A DNA stretch of 64,000 nt from Ascidiella aspersa (taxonomy: Eukaryota), in NCBI GenBank assembly GCA_963924565.1, contig OZ004610.1:6324001-6388000 (forward strand), given 5' to 3'. How positions within the stretch are numbered: position 1 is the first letter of the stretch; every line of letters starts with the position of its first letter. This document shows positions 52,594 to 63,558 of this stretch, piece after piece. The translations under genes and the position numbers were made by a program. The notes below the pieces were generated by a model. That model made no database searches. It saw nothing but the letters and a program-made list of their open reading frames with translations, and had not been told where the DNA came from.

Positions 52594-53867
52594 GTAAGAC
52601 TTCTTAATATTTTGGATTTGTCATGGGATGAAAAGTTAACACGTTATTTGCAGTGTGATAGACGTAATTCAAACGTACAAATGTGAAACACAAATCAATT
52701 TTTTGCTTCAAATGAGGTAAAATAATGTATTTTAAAAGAACGTAAAATGCATATTATTTTCTGATAAATAAATAAAAATATTTTTTGTAAATCTTTTTTT
52801 AAAAACATACGTATACACAAAGAAATTACAACAGATATAATTTTTATTTTTGTAATTTAGTACTTCGTAACTCGCGTTTTGGACACATATTCCAACTTAC
52901 AGAAGTTAGGTAAAACCAGTATATTACTCGGTCTACAAAAATAAACACTCGACAACGATTCACTCTCGCGCGTATATCGTTTCCACAAACAGCACCTGTT
53001 TCGCTCCCAACGATAAACGCTGGCATAAACACGGCGAACCTGACCCGTTGTTTAAGTGTCAGTCACAGTTTCGCGTTTGCGGTCGTGTAAAAACATTCGT
53101 CGTTGCATGTTGACATACATTGATGCAAATCTTCTAGTCAATAATTTACGCCTGCGCAGTGTATCGCACGATTAGAGTAGGAGCCGCTTTGAGATATTGG
53201 ACAGCGTCGGAGTAAGTTAGTTGGTAGGTGTTTTAAGAACTGTCGAACATTTGGCCTAATCGCCCAGTTTCGGTGACAGTACAACTTAGCGCATTATGTA
53301 ATGTACTTAGGATTTGTTCTTTTCGTCAGGTTTTGAAGACTTACGATGCATCTTATAGGCGAAGCTATACTTAAAAACAAAACTAGCTAAACGCTATTTT
53401 TCTACTACACATTCTACTACACTTGAAAGTCCCTAGTAGTCTGTTATGGAGTATAGAATTTATTTAAGGGCTTAATTGTTATGGAGATTCTTTTTTATGC
53501 CGCTTAGTGTCAAATTATGTTTTTACTCCCTTTTTCTATTGTCATTCATTTTTAATTAAATCGTACAGATTGAGTTCCAAGCAGTTCCTATCGCTTTAAT
53601 TTGAAGTGTGCCGCGATTAAAAGATCACAAGTGGCGAAAAAGTTGTTTTAATCGAACTGCTTTCAGAACTGTATTGTTTCATCAAACACAGGCACCTTGC
53701 CATGGCTTTAAATGACCGACACTTCAAACCCAGCCCATGCGGCAAATTTGCTGCCTTTGAAGCAATTTTCGCATATTTCTTGGTCATTTGGCGGCATTGA
53801 TAACGCGGCCCGGTCATAAAACGGCTTCCCGGCCTTATTCCGTTTCTATTTGCCCTTATACTTTCAG

Positions 53868-53946
53868 GTGACCGAGGAAAAGCGAAAGATGAACATTCCG
53901 GAAACAGTCAACGAAGGATTTATGTCGGACGCGTCGGATGACGAAG
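53868..53946 (+). CDS. ANK1/2/3: Ankyrin linker exon
   Basis: VTEEKRKMNIPETVNEGFMSDASDDE-G; phase 0/1. Confidence 0.93.
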
Positions 53947-55373
53947 GTAGGCATACAAGTCTTGAAAACCCAATCGCGTGGGTTCCTGTTTACATTCTCG
54001 TTTTACGACCGCTTGAATTGATATTTGCGCCGAACAATAAGCTGTTTGTTTGCAGAGGTAACGTTTTACCGTTATGTCTAAAATTATTTTTCTCGGTGAC
54101 ATTTCCGTTATTCTGTTCGCTGTTAGGGCAAGATAGCTTGGCGTTAACAGCGCATGGAATGTTAGCGGTTTTGTAACAAGAAATGGCCGTGTAAACGTTT
54201 CGGGTGATGATTGAGGCGTAAAACTTTTTATTTGTCAAGTCGTGTCATACTTTACTTGTGGCTGCGCTTGGTGTTATAGTTTAATTTAAAGCCTCTGGCT
54301 CTGAAGGTTGTGGATATACATATAAGTATATGGAAAAACTTCAATACAGAATGACAGCTATTTAGTGCAAATTCAAGGTACAGTACTTTCATCGCCTATC
54401 TTTAAAAGGTACCGGTTTTAGGTTTACTTCACAAAGTTCTATTTTTTCACAAGACTTGCTCGCTTCTTAAGTTGTAGGGAGCACATATACTGCAAATTAG
54501 CTTGCCACGGATCACTGAGTTTTCTGCAATCTACGTACAAGGATGAAAGTTACCCGTTAGTAACCAGCATTTAGTTGCGTTGAAACCCATCTTCAATCAG
54601 TTTCCGCTATAAATCCACTGGTATTTGATTTACAATGTGTGGCGCATAGGATCAATTTACTGTTATGTGTACGACTTAATGGGTGCAATGTGCTACAGTC
54701 CCAGCAGACCGATTATCCTCTGCCAGTTAGCCTCCGGTTAACAGCCTCAGGCTCTGTTAGTCCAAGCCAGTTGCGGTTTAACCTGGGTACTGTTCCGTAG
54801 CGCAATCGACTGCGGTTGCTCAGCAAAGAGGCTACTGCTCTTTCGCTGGTTTGAACACCTTGTTGTTCATCGGAAACGATACTGTTGTGGTTTCGTTTGC
54901 CAAGGCAGTCGAAATGGTTGGTAGATAGAAAGCGAGGCTATGCGAGATGCAGACTTTAGGACTGAACTGAAATATTTTCTTGACTGAGAAATGCAATTGT
55001 TGAGTATCGTAAGGTCTATTGCATATTTGAGTTTTCAGAAAATTGAAATATGCTCATAACTATTAAAAGCTAACTGCTAGTGAGATCGCACCCGACATAC
55101 CTGATTTTTATTTTGCTAATCTTTACTGGCCCCTGAAAAAATGTCGCTAAATCTGAAACGGAACGCAGTTGCGAATGTGCTTATGGAAATGCTATGTAAA
55201 CATACCCGAATAAGGTTTAGCTGGACGTTTACATTTGGCCTACTGCGTTGTCCCGGAGAACAACTATACAGCTTTAGGGAGGGCTTTGTTCGCGTAAACT
55301 TGTGTCAAAGTAGAACGCCTTTAATCTACGTCATTGTTGTAGTCGTTGCTTTGTGGCAGGCCTCTTTTTGTAG

Positions 55374-55439
55374 CATGGTGTATTGATGTATTGCATACAT
55401 TTGATGCCAGTGTTTCACAAGATGCAGCATACAACTCAG
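55374..55439 (+). CDS. Candidate 66-nt alternative linker exon
   Basis: ctctttttgtag acceptor, CAG|gtattt donor, phase 1/1, open frame (AWCIDVLHTFDASVSQDAAYNS). Confidence 0.4.
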
Positions 55440-55803
55440 GTATTTAAGAAAGTTACGTCGCACTCATATGTTGCTTGCCGTTCTAAATTTTGTTTTTTGG
55501 GGTTTAAAACTAATTCATGTGTATCAGTTATAATACACATGTGTCACGCGGTAACAAAAAAAAACGATACCAGGTTTCAAACAATACAATTTTTTGTGGT
55601 TGATTAGCTGTTTATTTTAAAACCTAAAAGCAAAACCTTTATTAAGAAAGGTGCATAGAGTTTCTATAACATTTACTTCCTCTTAACCAAAATCTGCAAT
55701 ATTTTTTTTTGTATGATTGTGTTGCTTACGGGCATTATAATCCCCTAACACGCGCATCGCTTAATCTTTTCTGTGCTCCTAATGTTAATTTTTCCTTGTG
55801 CAG

Positions 55804-55909
55804 TTGACGGGAGTATGGTAGGGGGAGGGTTTCTGAGCAACAACGAGCTAAAGGAACTTGGTGACGACAGCATTGTACCGACTGAGGCCTCCATGTTTGC
55901 CGTCAGCAA
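55804..55909 (+). CDS. ANK1/2/3: Ankyrin linker exon (LKELGDDS motif)
   Basis: VDGSMVGGGFLSNNELKELGDDSIVPTEASMFAVS; phase 1/2. Confidence 0.92.
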
Positions 55910-56468
55910 GTAAGTGCCAGCAAATTAGTCCTTGAATGCTTTTTCTAGTTTTCTGATTTATACTAGCACAAGACCACGTCTTGTAGTTGCACTTCGGGGC
56001 AACATAAAAGCGTTATTATTAAAGAAGTTGCATTTTATGTCACGATAATTATGGGTTTTGTTCTAAAAAACGTTTATTTCTCCTACACCCAACAAACTGA
56101 TCGATTTTCAATTTTAACCTGGCGGTATCATTACAGCATAGAAAGAACATGTTATACAGATTAAACTAAAGTAATAAATGGAACAAAATTTTGCTAAAGT
56201 TTGCAGATCTTTATTTGTTACCTAACTGTTCTTTCCAAGTTTAAAAGTTTAATATCTTTTTGAAATGTAAAACAAATATCTTGAGGTAAACTGGTATAGC
56301 TTTCGGGTTGTGCATGAAACAAGAACTTTAAATTACAAGTAAAATTACAAGCAGCTCTAAGCCGAAGTAAAATCTTCATTCTCCAAAAAAACATACCAAC
56401 ACGCCTATCAGTATAAAAATATCCAAAATCTCATTGCAAACGTTAACCAATCCTTCTTATAACGTCAG

Positions 56469-56585
56469 GGACACGAAGTACTCCACTTTGGAAGGCAGCT
56501 TGGCCGGCACGCGAATGTCCTGGTCGTCGTCCGCCACAACCGAAAGTGACAACGTCAAGTCCCCAAGGAGCCCGAGATGCAATGG
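56469..56585 (+). CDS. ANK1/2/3: Ankyrin linker exon preceding ZU5
   Basis: DTKYSTLEGS...ESDNVKSPRSPRCN-G; phase 2/2. Confidence 0.88.
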
Positions 56586-57015
56586 GTATGACGTCATTCG
56601 CTTTGTTGGTGTCTGTCGCGGTTTGGCCAACTTTTCGAACAGTCAGCCCGTCCGTCTAGATATCACAGTGCTGTGTTGAATTATTTCGCATTTTAGACTC
56701 AGTTTTAGACAAATCAGCGTAAATAGTGTTTATAGTCTTTGTTATACGATCAATATTGTTCAAATAAACTTTTTTTTTTAATCGAGAAACAAAAATATAT
56801 TCTTAGCTCTTACACCATGTTACATGTCTACTTTGAAAAAAAGGCTTAGATATCAGTGGCCCCAAAATGAGTTTTTTTTTCTATTCCAGGCTACCTTACC
56901 AAGTCAAAAAAGTAAAGTAACAATACTTTTTTCTATTTTTTTAATTGTTACCATTTAAGTATTTTTTAGAAACCTAAATGGTCGGATTTCTTAATCGACC
57001 TTATAACCTTTAACC

Positions 57016-57697
57016 TAGTGTTTCGCAGACATTTTTGGCTTGCGGCACCCTACAGAATTAAAAATAGTTTGCGGCACCCTTGCTCGTATTTTTGCTGAGC
57101 GGTTCACCCTTATTCACCCATTTTTGTTCGTTCACCCATGCAAAAATTTTATTCACCCTGGGCTGAACCATTCACGTATTAAGAAACACTGATGCCCTAG
57201 AGCAGTGGTTCTCAACCGACGGTCCGCGTCAACTTTTCTGTCGGTCCGCCAAATATATTACAATTTTATATCTCATTACAAAATGCAAGATGTTAAAAGC
57301 TTGTTCACCAAATTAAGAACTTCGCCTGTTCCGTAATTTGCAGCATTGTAACGTAACATAAAGTTAATTGTCTACTTTGGACTTGCCGTACGTTACAATG
57401 CGCAGTGTTGTGCCCAACTGTTTATAAGTAGGCTACACGTCGTTGAATTCTTCTACATTAAGATAGTTGCATGTGAAAAACTTTCGTATACCACGTATGA
57501 AATTGCTAATTTAATTGAAGTTTCCAGTCTTTGCTTTAAAGTTGCATACTTTTGTCGTAATTACATTTTGGGTTGATTTTGATTTTTAAAGGCCCACCGG
57601 TCCGCAAAATTTGTTTTGAAATTTCACCGGTCCGTAAGCTAAAAAAGGTTGAGAACCACTGCCCTAGAGTGCCGGGCACCCCGGTTAAGAACCACTG
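57016..57697. mobile_element. Outer hAT MITE containing a nested MITE
   Basis: 8-bp TSD ctttaacc (57008-57015, 57698-57705); 3' TIR ggttaagaaccactg. Confidence 0.8.
57203..57661. mobile_element. Inner nested hAT/Charlie-like MITE
   Basis: Perfect TIR CAGTGGTTCTCAACC; 8-bp TSD ccctagag. Confidence 0.9.
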
Positions 57698-57726
57698 CTT
57701 TAACCCTTCAACCCCCTTGATTTCAG

Positions 57727-57966
57727 TTTCCTGGTGTCTTTCATGGTGGACGCCAGGGGTGGAACCATGAGGGGCTCCCGACAGCACAACCTGCGCATCG
57801 TTGTGCCCCCCAAGTCGTGCCGCGCCCCCACCCGGGTCACGTGCCGCTTCGCGCGACGACGTCACGCAACTGCTCTGACGTCACCGAGCAACCCAACCCT
57901 GTACGATATGGAGGGCAAAGCAGCTCGCATTCTGGAGATGGGACCGCGAGGCGCTGGCTTCTTGGA
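57727..57966 (+). CDS. ANK1/2/3: ZU5-A exon with spectrin-binding DAR motif
   Basis: FLVSFMVDARGGTMRGSRQHNLRIVVPP...ILEMGPRGAGFL; phase 2/2. Confidence 0.96.
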
Positions 57967-58551
57967 GTGAGTTGTGTACTTGTGTTTTTCGTTGTTTGAT
58001 GTTCTTGTATTTATTAAGTTCCACCTAAAACTGTGAGTCTTTGTAGTTTGAAAATCATATTTTTTAAAGCCTTGTAAGAACATCAATCTTTTTAATGATT
58101 GTAGAAAATACAGATTTCGCTAAAAGCATCATAGGGGTATGAGCCATAAAACCGCTGACCGGAATAATTAATTTTTTTTATTCTCGGTTTGAAAAATCTT
58201 GATAGCGTTGGCGAAATGTATTTCTAAAATCATTCAGTTGTTATTTCGTATAAAGCATTATATTTGTTTTGCATAAAGCATAAATTGACCATTTGTTTCC
58301 AAACATAAAAAGAAACGTGTACGTTGTTTATTTCAGTAAAATCCGTTGCTACTTTCATTAAATTTAAAACAGGTTTCAAAGCAAACTAATTTTGCTTAGA
58401 ACCTTTCAGTGTTAATTTCTGGACCTTTAAGGTTGTATTTGAATGTTTAAAAACCTAAACCTCTTGGCGTAATTATTACTGAAATCTTTTCGTCGCCTAT
58501 TCAATTTAGCAATTGTCTCACACATAGCTTTAACTCTGTAACCCCCCATAG

Positions 58552-58650
58552 CCTACTGCATAGCCCCAGGAAGCTGCCCCCTCTCACCGAGGGTGAGGGT
58601 ATCGCGGCGAGGGTGATTCAGATCGGACCCAAGTCGACCCGGTTTTTAGG
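58552..58650 (+). CDS. ANK1/2/3: 99-nt cassette exon duplicating a ZU5-A segment
   Basis: LLHSPRKLPPLTEGEGIAARVIQIGPKSTRFLG; tag/gtaatt, phase 2/2. Confidence 0.88.
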
Positions 58651-59628
58651 GTAATTCCCCTTTCCTTTGGGAAGGTTGTGTGACGTGTCTTGTCCCCCGT
58701 TGCGTGGCGTGATGTCATTGGTTGTTTATCGGTGGTGGTAATCTGCGTTCCGTTTGTTTTCATAAATTCAGGAAAATTCAAATTTTTTTCGAAAATTGTT
58801 GACGGTGGGTCGGTTTGAATCCACTAGTATTTTGTAATTTTCAAATAAATTTGGCGACATGTGCATCTTTTGTTTTAACTAATTTGTAAGTTTTACTAGT
58901 TTACCAATAAACTAACGGCCTACTATTATTTTTTACCACTAACCTAGGAAAAATTAGATTTCTTTTTCACGGGAAATTAAAAAATAATTTTGTTTTTTGT
59001 TTTCTGCTATATGCATAATGGTCTATGTGTGTGATGTATTTGTCCCTTGTCATATAATTCCTGTTGATTTGATGCTCGCCAATTTGACGCGAAAGGTGCA
59101 TCGTGTATCAAACCGTTTAAATTGAAGATGACCTTTTTGTCAAATTCGTGGTTTTACACGTAATTGTTCATCATTAATTTCAAATAATTTGCGTGATATC
59201 AAACCCTACAGTAAACTCATGCAAAAAAAAGTTTGAGTCACCATTCTTCTTAGCATAACTATATCTATTGACTGATTGGCCAAACACCAGATTTTTCACG
59301 ACTGAATACTGTAATGTCTGAATGGACCCATCCAATTTTACATGTGCGTTTGATCATCAATTACGCAACATGCAATGTACCCACAATAAACAAAACAGAA
59401 AAAAAAATTATCCTTATGTGTTTACCAATAACGCCCCAAGCCTTTGTTATTTTTTAACTGATTACTGCATTGTATGACTAAACACAAATCTATTTTACAA
59501 GTGCTCCTAATGAAATATCCAATGACACATGATTCAATAAACCCATACTATATATAATCATAAATGGATCAGTCTACATTTTTCGCTTAGTGTTATAAAA
59601 AAACATAATGCTTAACCCCTAACCGCAG

Positions 59629-59777
59629 GCCGGTAGCAATCGAGGTGCCTCACTTTGCCAACGTGAAGGACAACCACCGTAACATCGTGGTGATGCGAAG
59701 CAACGACGGAAATACTTGGAAGGAACACAAGGCGCCTTGCACCGACGAGCAGTTTCGCAAACAGCACGCAAACGAAG
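59629..59777 (+). CDS. ANK1/2/3: ZU5-A exon
   Basis: PVAIEVPHFA...VVMRSNDGNTWKEH...; phase 2/1. Confidence 0.95.
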
Positions 59778-59786
59778 GTATAACCT

Positions 59787-59950
59787 TAAAAATTGAGTTG
59801 GCTCCATAGCAATATATCAATAGATAGAAGTCACTCTTCAGGGGTAAGCGAAGTTATAAACCGACGTTCAGGGATGCGGTCAGGTGGTATCTGCTGCCGG
59901 AACGTCGGTTTATAACTTCGTTTACGCAAGAAAAGCGATTTCTGACTATT
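59787..59950 (-). mobile_element. Fold-back (probably Penelope-like) insertion at a splice donor
   Basis: Hairpin 59817-59952, 30-nt tail on the left, direct repeat gaaggtataacct on both sides. Confidence 0.6.
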
Positions 59951-60452
59951 GAAGGTATAACCTGTTTTCTTTTGATTGACCATGCTTGGCGCTTTTGTTT
60001 ATGTTGATGTTTTCGAACGAAATATGCGTGCACGACATGTGATGCGTTAAATACCAAAAATGGAAAAATGCGTTAAACGCATAAAAATAGGTTAACCGCA
60101 GTACAGAGATACACAGTATCTACCAATTAATTATATATTTTTTAACGACTTACCCCTATCTTTTAAACTTGCTTAAAAGCAGGTTTTCGAACGATTATAG
60201 TTGTATAAACTTTTTGTACGCAAAAAAAATCTAGACAATTCCAACGATCAAAAAAATACGATTTAAAAACAATGTAAATAATCCACGTTAAATACGTCGC
60301 TTGATAGAAAACTAACCAGAAAATTACTAAGATGTTAATTTAACCTTCTTACAATGAAGTCAAACCTAATAAACATCGCCTCCCAATATTTAGGTTTAGT
60401 TCACATAAGCATTTAACTCAGTTCCCTGAAATATATTATGTCTTATCCCCAG

Positions 60453-60664
60453 ACCTAGAGCCGGCTTCGAAGCTCGCAGAGCGTCGCGTGTACAGGATCG
60501 TTACCGGGGATTTCCCGCGCTACTTCGCGCTCGTCTCACGGCCACTGGAGTGCGCCAGAGTGATCGGTTCCGAAGGCGGCGAGCTGACGTCAGAGGTGGT
60601 CAAGGAGGCCCGAGCCAAGTTCCCGGAAGGATCGCTCACCAAGAAGATCAGCGTAGCGATGAAC
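60453..60664 (+). CDS. ANK1/2/3: ZU5-A/ZU5-B exon
   Basis: ...YRIVTGDFPRYFALVSR...FPEGSLTKKISVAMN; phase 1/0. Confidence 0.95.
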
Positions 60665-60901
60665 GTAAGAACTTTTTTGACGCAGAGTTTCCGGACTCGC
60701 GGGTTCGATTCCCCGTCAACGCTTACGTTTGAGCTGGTGTTGAGATTAATTTAGACAAGTTCAGCAATTCTAATTTCCTAAATAAGTGCACAGCCGCAAA
60801 ATGTATAATTAATGGCCACAGGTTGTGCGCCCCTGGCTTAGTTATTGAAGTATCAGAAACATTTTTAAGAGACGTTCGACTGACGTACTTCATTTTCGCA
60901 G

Positions 60902-61031
60902 GTCCTACCGATTTCGAGCGACATTTGCCGGCGTGCTGTTGGAGGAAAAGCCAAGGCCAGTCCTATCCTTACTATTGAGCCACGGAGAAGGAAGTTCCAC
61001 AAGCCTATTATGATCACTGTTCCTCTTCCAG
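60902..61031 (+). CDS. ANK1/2/3: ZU5-B exon
   Basis: VLPIS...SPILTIEPRRRKFHKPIMITVPLP; phase 0/1. Confidence 0.95.
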
Positions 61032-61420
61032 GTAAATAAATGCAAGAAGGACCTTTACGATTCCTCTTGGATTTTTTTACCCGTGCCTCATTAGTTACCC
61101 GATATACGATATTTTAGTAATTTTGAACATTTTGCACCTGGTTTTCGCCCGTAGGTCACTGATTCGTTGCTTATATTTGTTTGCCCCCCCCTAAATAATT
61201 TAATTGCTCCAGGAATCGGTGCCATTTGCAGGCAAAACATAACCTGTTTTAAACAAACTTTAATCGTACTTCCTGTATTTTATTACATGTTAATTTTTCT
61301 TGATGACCGATTAATGAACCTAAAATATATGTAGGACATATTTCGCGTCTCTTGGCTATATTTTACTGTTTTACAAAAAATTCCTAAATTATTCAATTTT
61401 ATCTGTTTTCCTCTGTACAG

Positions 61421-61492
61421 AGGGAACGCAAAAGAAGGATTATCTCAGTTCGATGGAAGACTCGACATTGAGGCTGCTAGTCAGTATTTCAG
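61421..61492 (+). CDS. ANK1/2/3: ZU5-B exon
   Basis: EGTQKKDYLSSMEDSTLRLLVSIS; phase 1/1. Confidence 0.92.
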
Positions 61493-61840
61493 GTAAGCTT
61501 TACAGACCACTTAAAAGTTAAGATTTACTGCATTTTTAAACCTGTAATTTAAATTTCTTTAGCAAATTTCAATTTCCGGCTGCCAAGAACAACCTTTAGC
61601 ACTATATAACGTCGACAAATGGCGTCATAATCGTTAACAGAGCCACGAGGTTTATAATTGCACAATACTTGTTACGTGTTAAGTCAGAGGTAGAGTTTTT
61701 TATCCCATCCTTCCAGGAGTTAATGTTACTTAACTTCTAAAAAGTGTAAGTAAACCTATTTCCAATGGTGAATCTATTACAGGAATTGAATTGAATCTAA
61801 TCTCAGTAAACAAACTTATGTAATTTGTCGTAACTCGCAG

Positions 61841-61937
61841 GCGAGGATAACCCAGCTCAATGGGAGGACATCACAGGATCGACTCCGCTCAACTTCCTTG
61901 ACAACTTCGTTACCTTCACATCCAACGTGTCAGCAAG
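61841..61937 (+). CDS. ANK1/2/3: ZU5-B exon
   Basis: [33 protein letters not shown]; phase 1/2. Confidence 0.96.
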
Positions 61938-62394
61938 GTACGTCAAAGGGTCGTCCTATATACTCAGGAAAGTCTACCACACACGGTCAAGACCTAGTGT
62001 AGTTTTTTGCTGTTTAGAGGTTGATATATTCGAATCTATAGCAGGGGCACCATTACGAGAGTGACATTGAAACTCGTAAATTGCTTTTATAGAAGCATAT
62101 TATTTAAAAAAATTGATAAATTAAAGTGGGAAAGCTGTATTTTTTTTTCTAAAGAACCTGTGTGATATATTTTATAATATTAAATAACTGTTTCTAATAT
62201 TTTTCTACGATTTTAATTTTGTGCATTATAATGCCAAACCATTGGTAATTTTGCCGAAGTGTTATGGTCGTAATCACGACACAACGTGGCAATATTACCA
62301 CACTACTAATTCGCTCCCACATTAAACGCATTACGATCGTAAAAAAATCATCGATCGCTTCCCACAACACATAACCGCGACCATTTTATCCCAG

Positions 62395-62559
62395 ATTCTG
62401 GCTGATCGACTGTCGCCAGACTTCTGAGTCGTCGGCCCTGGCGCACCAGATCTACGCCGAGGCGACCCGGGTGCCTTACATGGCTCGCTTCCTCGTCTAT
62501 GGCAAGTCGCACGACCCGCTTGAAGGCAGGATGCGCGTATTCTGCGTCACTGAGGATCG
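62395..62559 (+). CDS. ANK1/2/3: ZU5-B/UPA exon
   Basis: FWLIDCRQ...[12 protein letters not shown]...MRVFCVTED; phase 2/2. Confidence 0.95.
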
Positions 62560-62657
62560 GTAAGGGGCGCTGAGTTTGTGAATAGAAAAACTAAAAAAGA
62601 ACGTTTCATTAATATTACGGGTCCGCGAATAAAAGTCCCATCAAACTTTGTCGAATC

Positions 62658-62824
62658 AAAATGAAAATGCCAAAGCCCATACAGAAGTAAGTATCATTTT
62701 AAACGTTTCGTATATCTCTTTACTCATTGTAAAGAGTTATTCGAAACGTTCAAAGTACAACCTGCTTTTGTATTGGCTTTTATATTCTTATTACGCCTTA
62801 CTACAACCCCCAACCATTATGCTC
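62658..62824 (+). mobile_element. Penelope-like fold-back element, family B copy 3
   Basis: Same arms and tail, more diverged; 16-bp TSD with 2 mismatches. Confidence 0.65.
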
Positions 62825-63368
62825 CAAAGTTTATCGAATCGGGTTGGCTGTACAGGTATCGTACAACTCCCAAATTTTTAAAGGTAGTCAGATTTATTAA
62901 TTCTTGTAATATAATGGATATCCCCTTTAAACTTAAAATAAACTCAAAGCGGGGACATTGCTAAACATTGATAAAAACTTATCTCATGTTTAGCGATTAG
63001 GCAAAAAGTCTGAAATTGCATCAGAGTTTATTATCAAAACAGCGCCATTTTTAAAAGCTAAAATATTCTGAAACTCCTAATATTTTTTTTTGTTTCCTAG
63101 CCTCATCTCACAACAATAAACGTTCCTTCACAATAACTGCGCAGATCTAAATAGGCTATAAAGTTTCAGTTTATAATCAGTAATTGTAGCAAAAGCAGTA
63201 TAATATTAATTATTAATAAAATTTACTACACACTTGACTCAATTAACCACTAGCAATACGAAAGACCACACACTTTTGTTTTGACGATTTTGATCCCTTA
63301 GCGTAAAAAAAAGATCCCTTTAAACTTTTATGACGTCACCTAAATTTTTTGAATGACGTCACGCGCAG

Positions 63369-63558
63369 GCAGGAGCGCACGCTCGAAAAACAGGAGCGTT
63401 ACGTGGAGATCGCACGGAGCAAGGACGTGCAAGTGCTTGAGGGAGCTACTGTGTGTGTGGAATGCTCGGGAAACCTATCGGCGCCCATTAAGTCCGGACA
63501 GTTCCACAAGTTCCGGTTCAGCGCCTTCGACGACAACCGCTTGCAGGTCCTAACCAAG
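63369..63558 (+). CDS. ANK1/2/3: UPA exon
   Basis: QERTLEKQERYVEIARSKDVQVLEG...FSAFDDNRLQVLTK; phase 2/0. Confidence 0.95.

Larger units (their letters stand above)
1762..63558 (+). other. ANK1/2/3: Canonical ankyrin gene locus (24 ANK repeats-linker-ZU5-ZU5-UPA), 3'-truncated by window end
   Basis: Frame-consistent chain of GT-AG exons. Hallmark peptides: [80 protein letters not shown]. Confidence 0.97.

Noticed and set aside
53947-54057. In-frame 111-nt extension to an alternative donor at 54058
   Set aside because: Composition looks intronic; an open frame of this length is plausible by chance
49900-60720. tRNA genes suggested by GTTCGA B-box motifs (about 49913, 50139, 60707)
   Set aside because: No cloverleaf or clear A-box; at most SINE-like remnants
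755-63553. Most 60-135 aa ORFs in the supplied track, including antisense ORFs over exons
   Set aside because: Intronic or shadow ORFs with no recognisable homology; many begin at TTG/GTG, which is not meaningful for this eukaryotic locus
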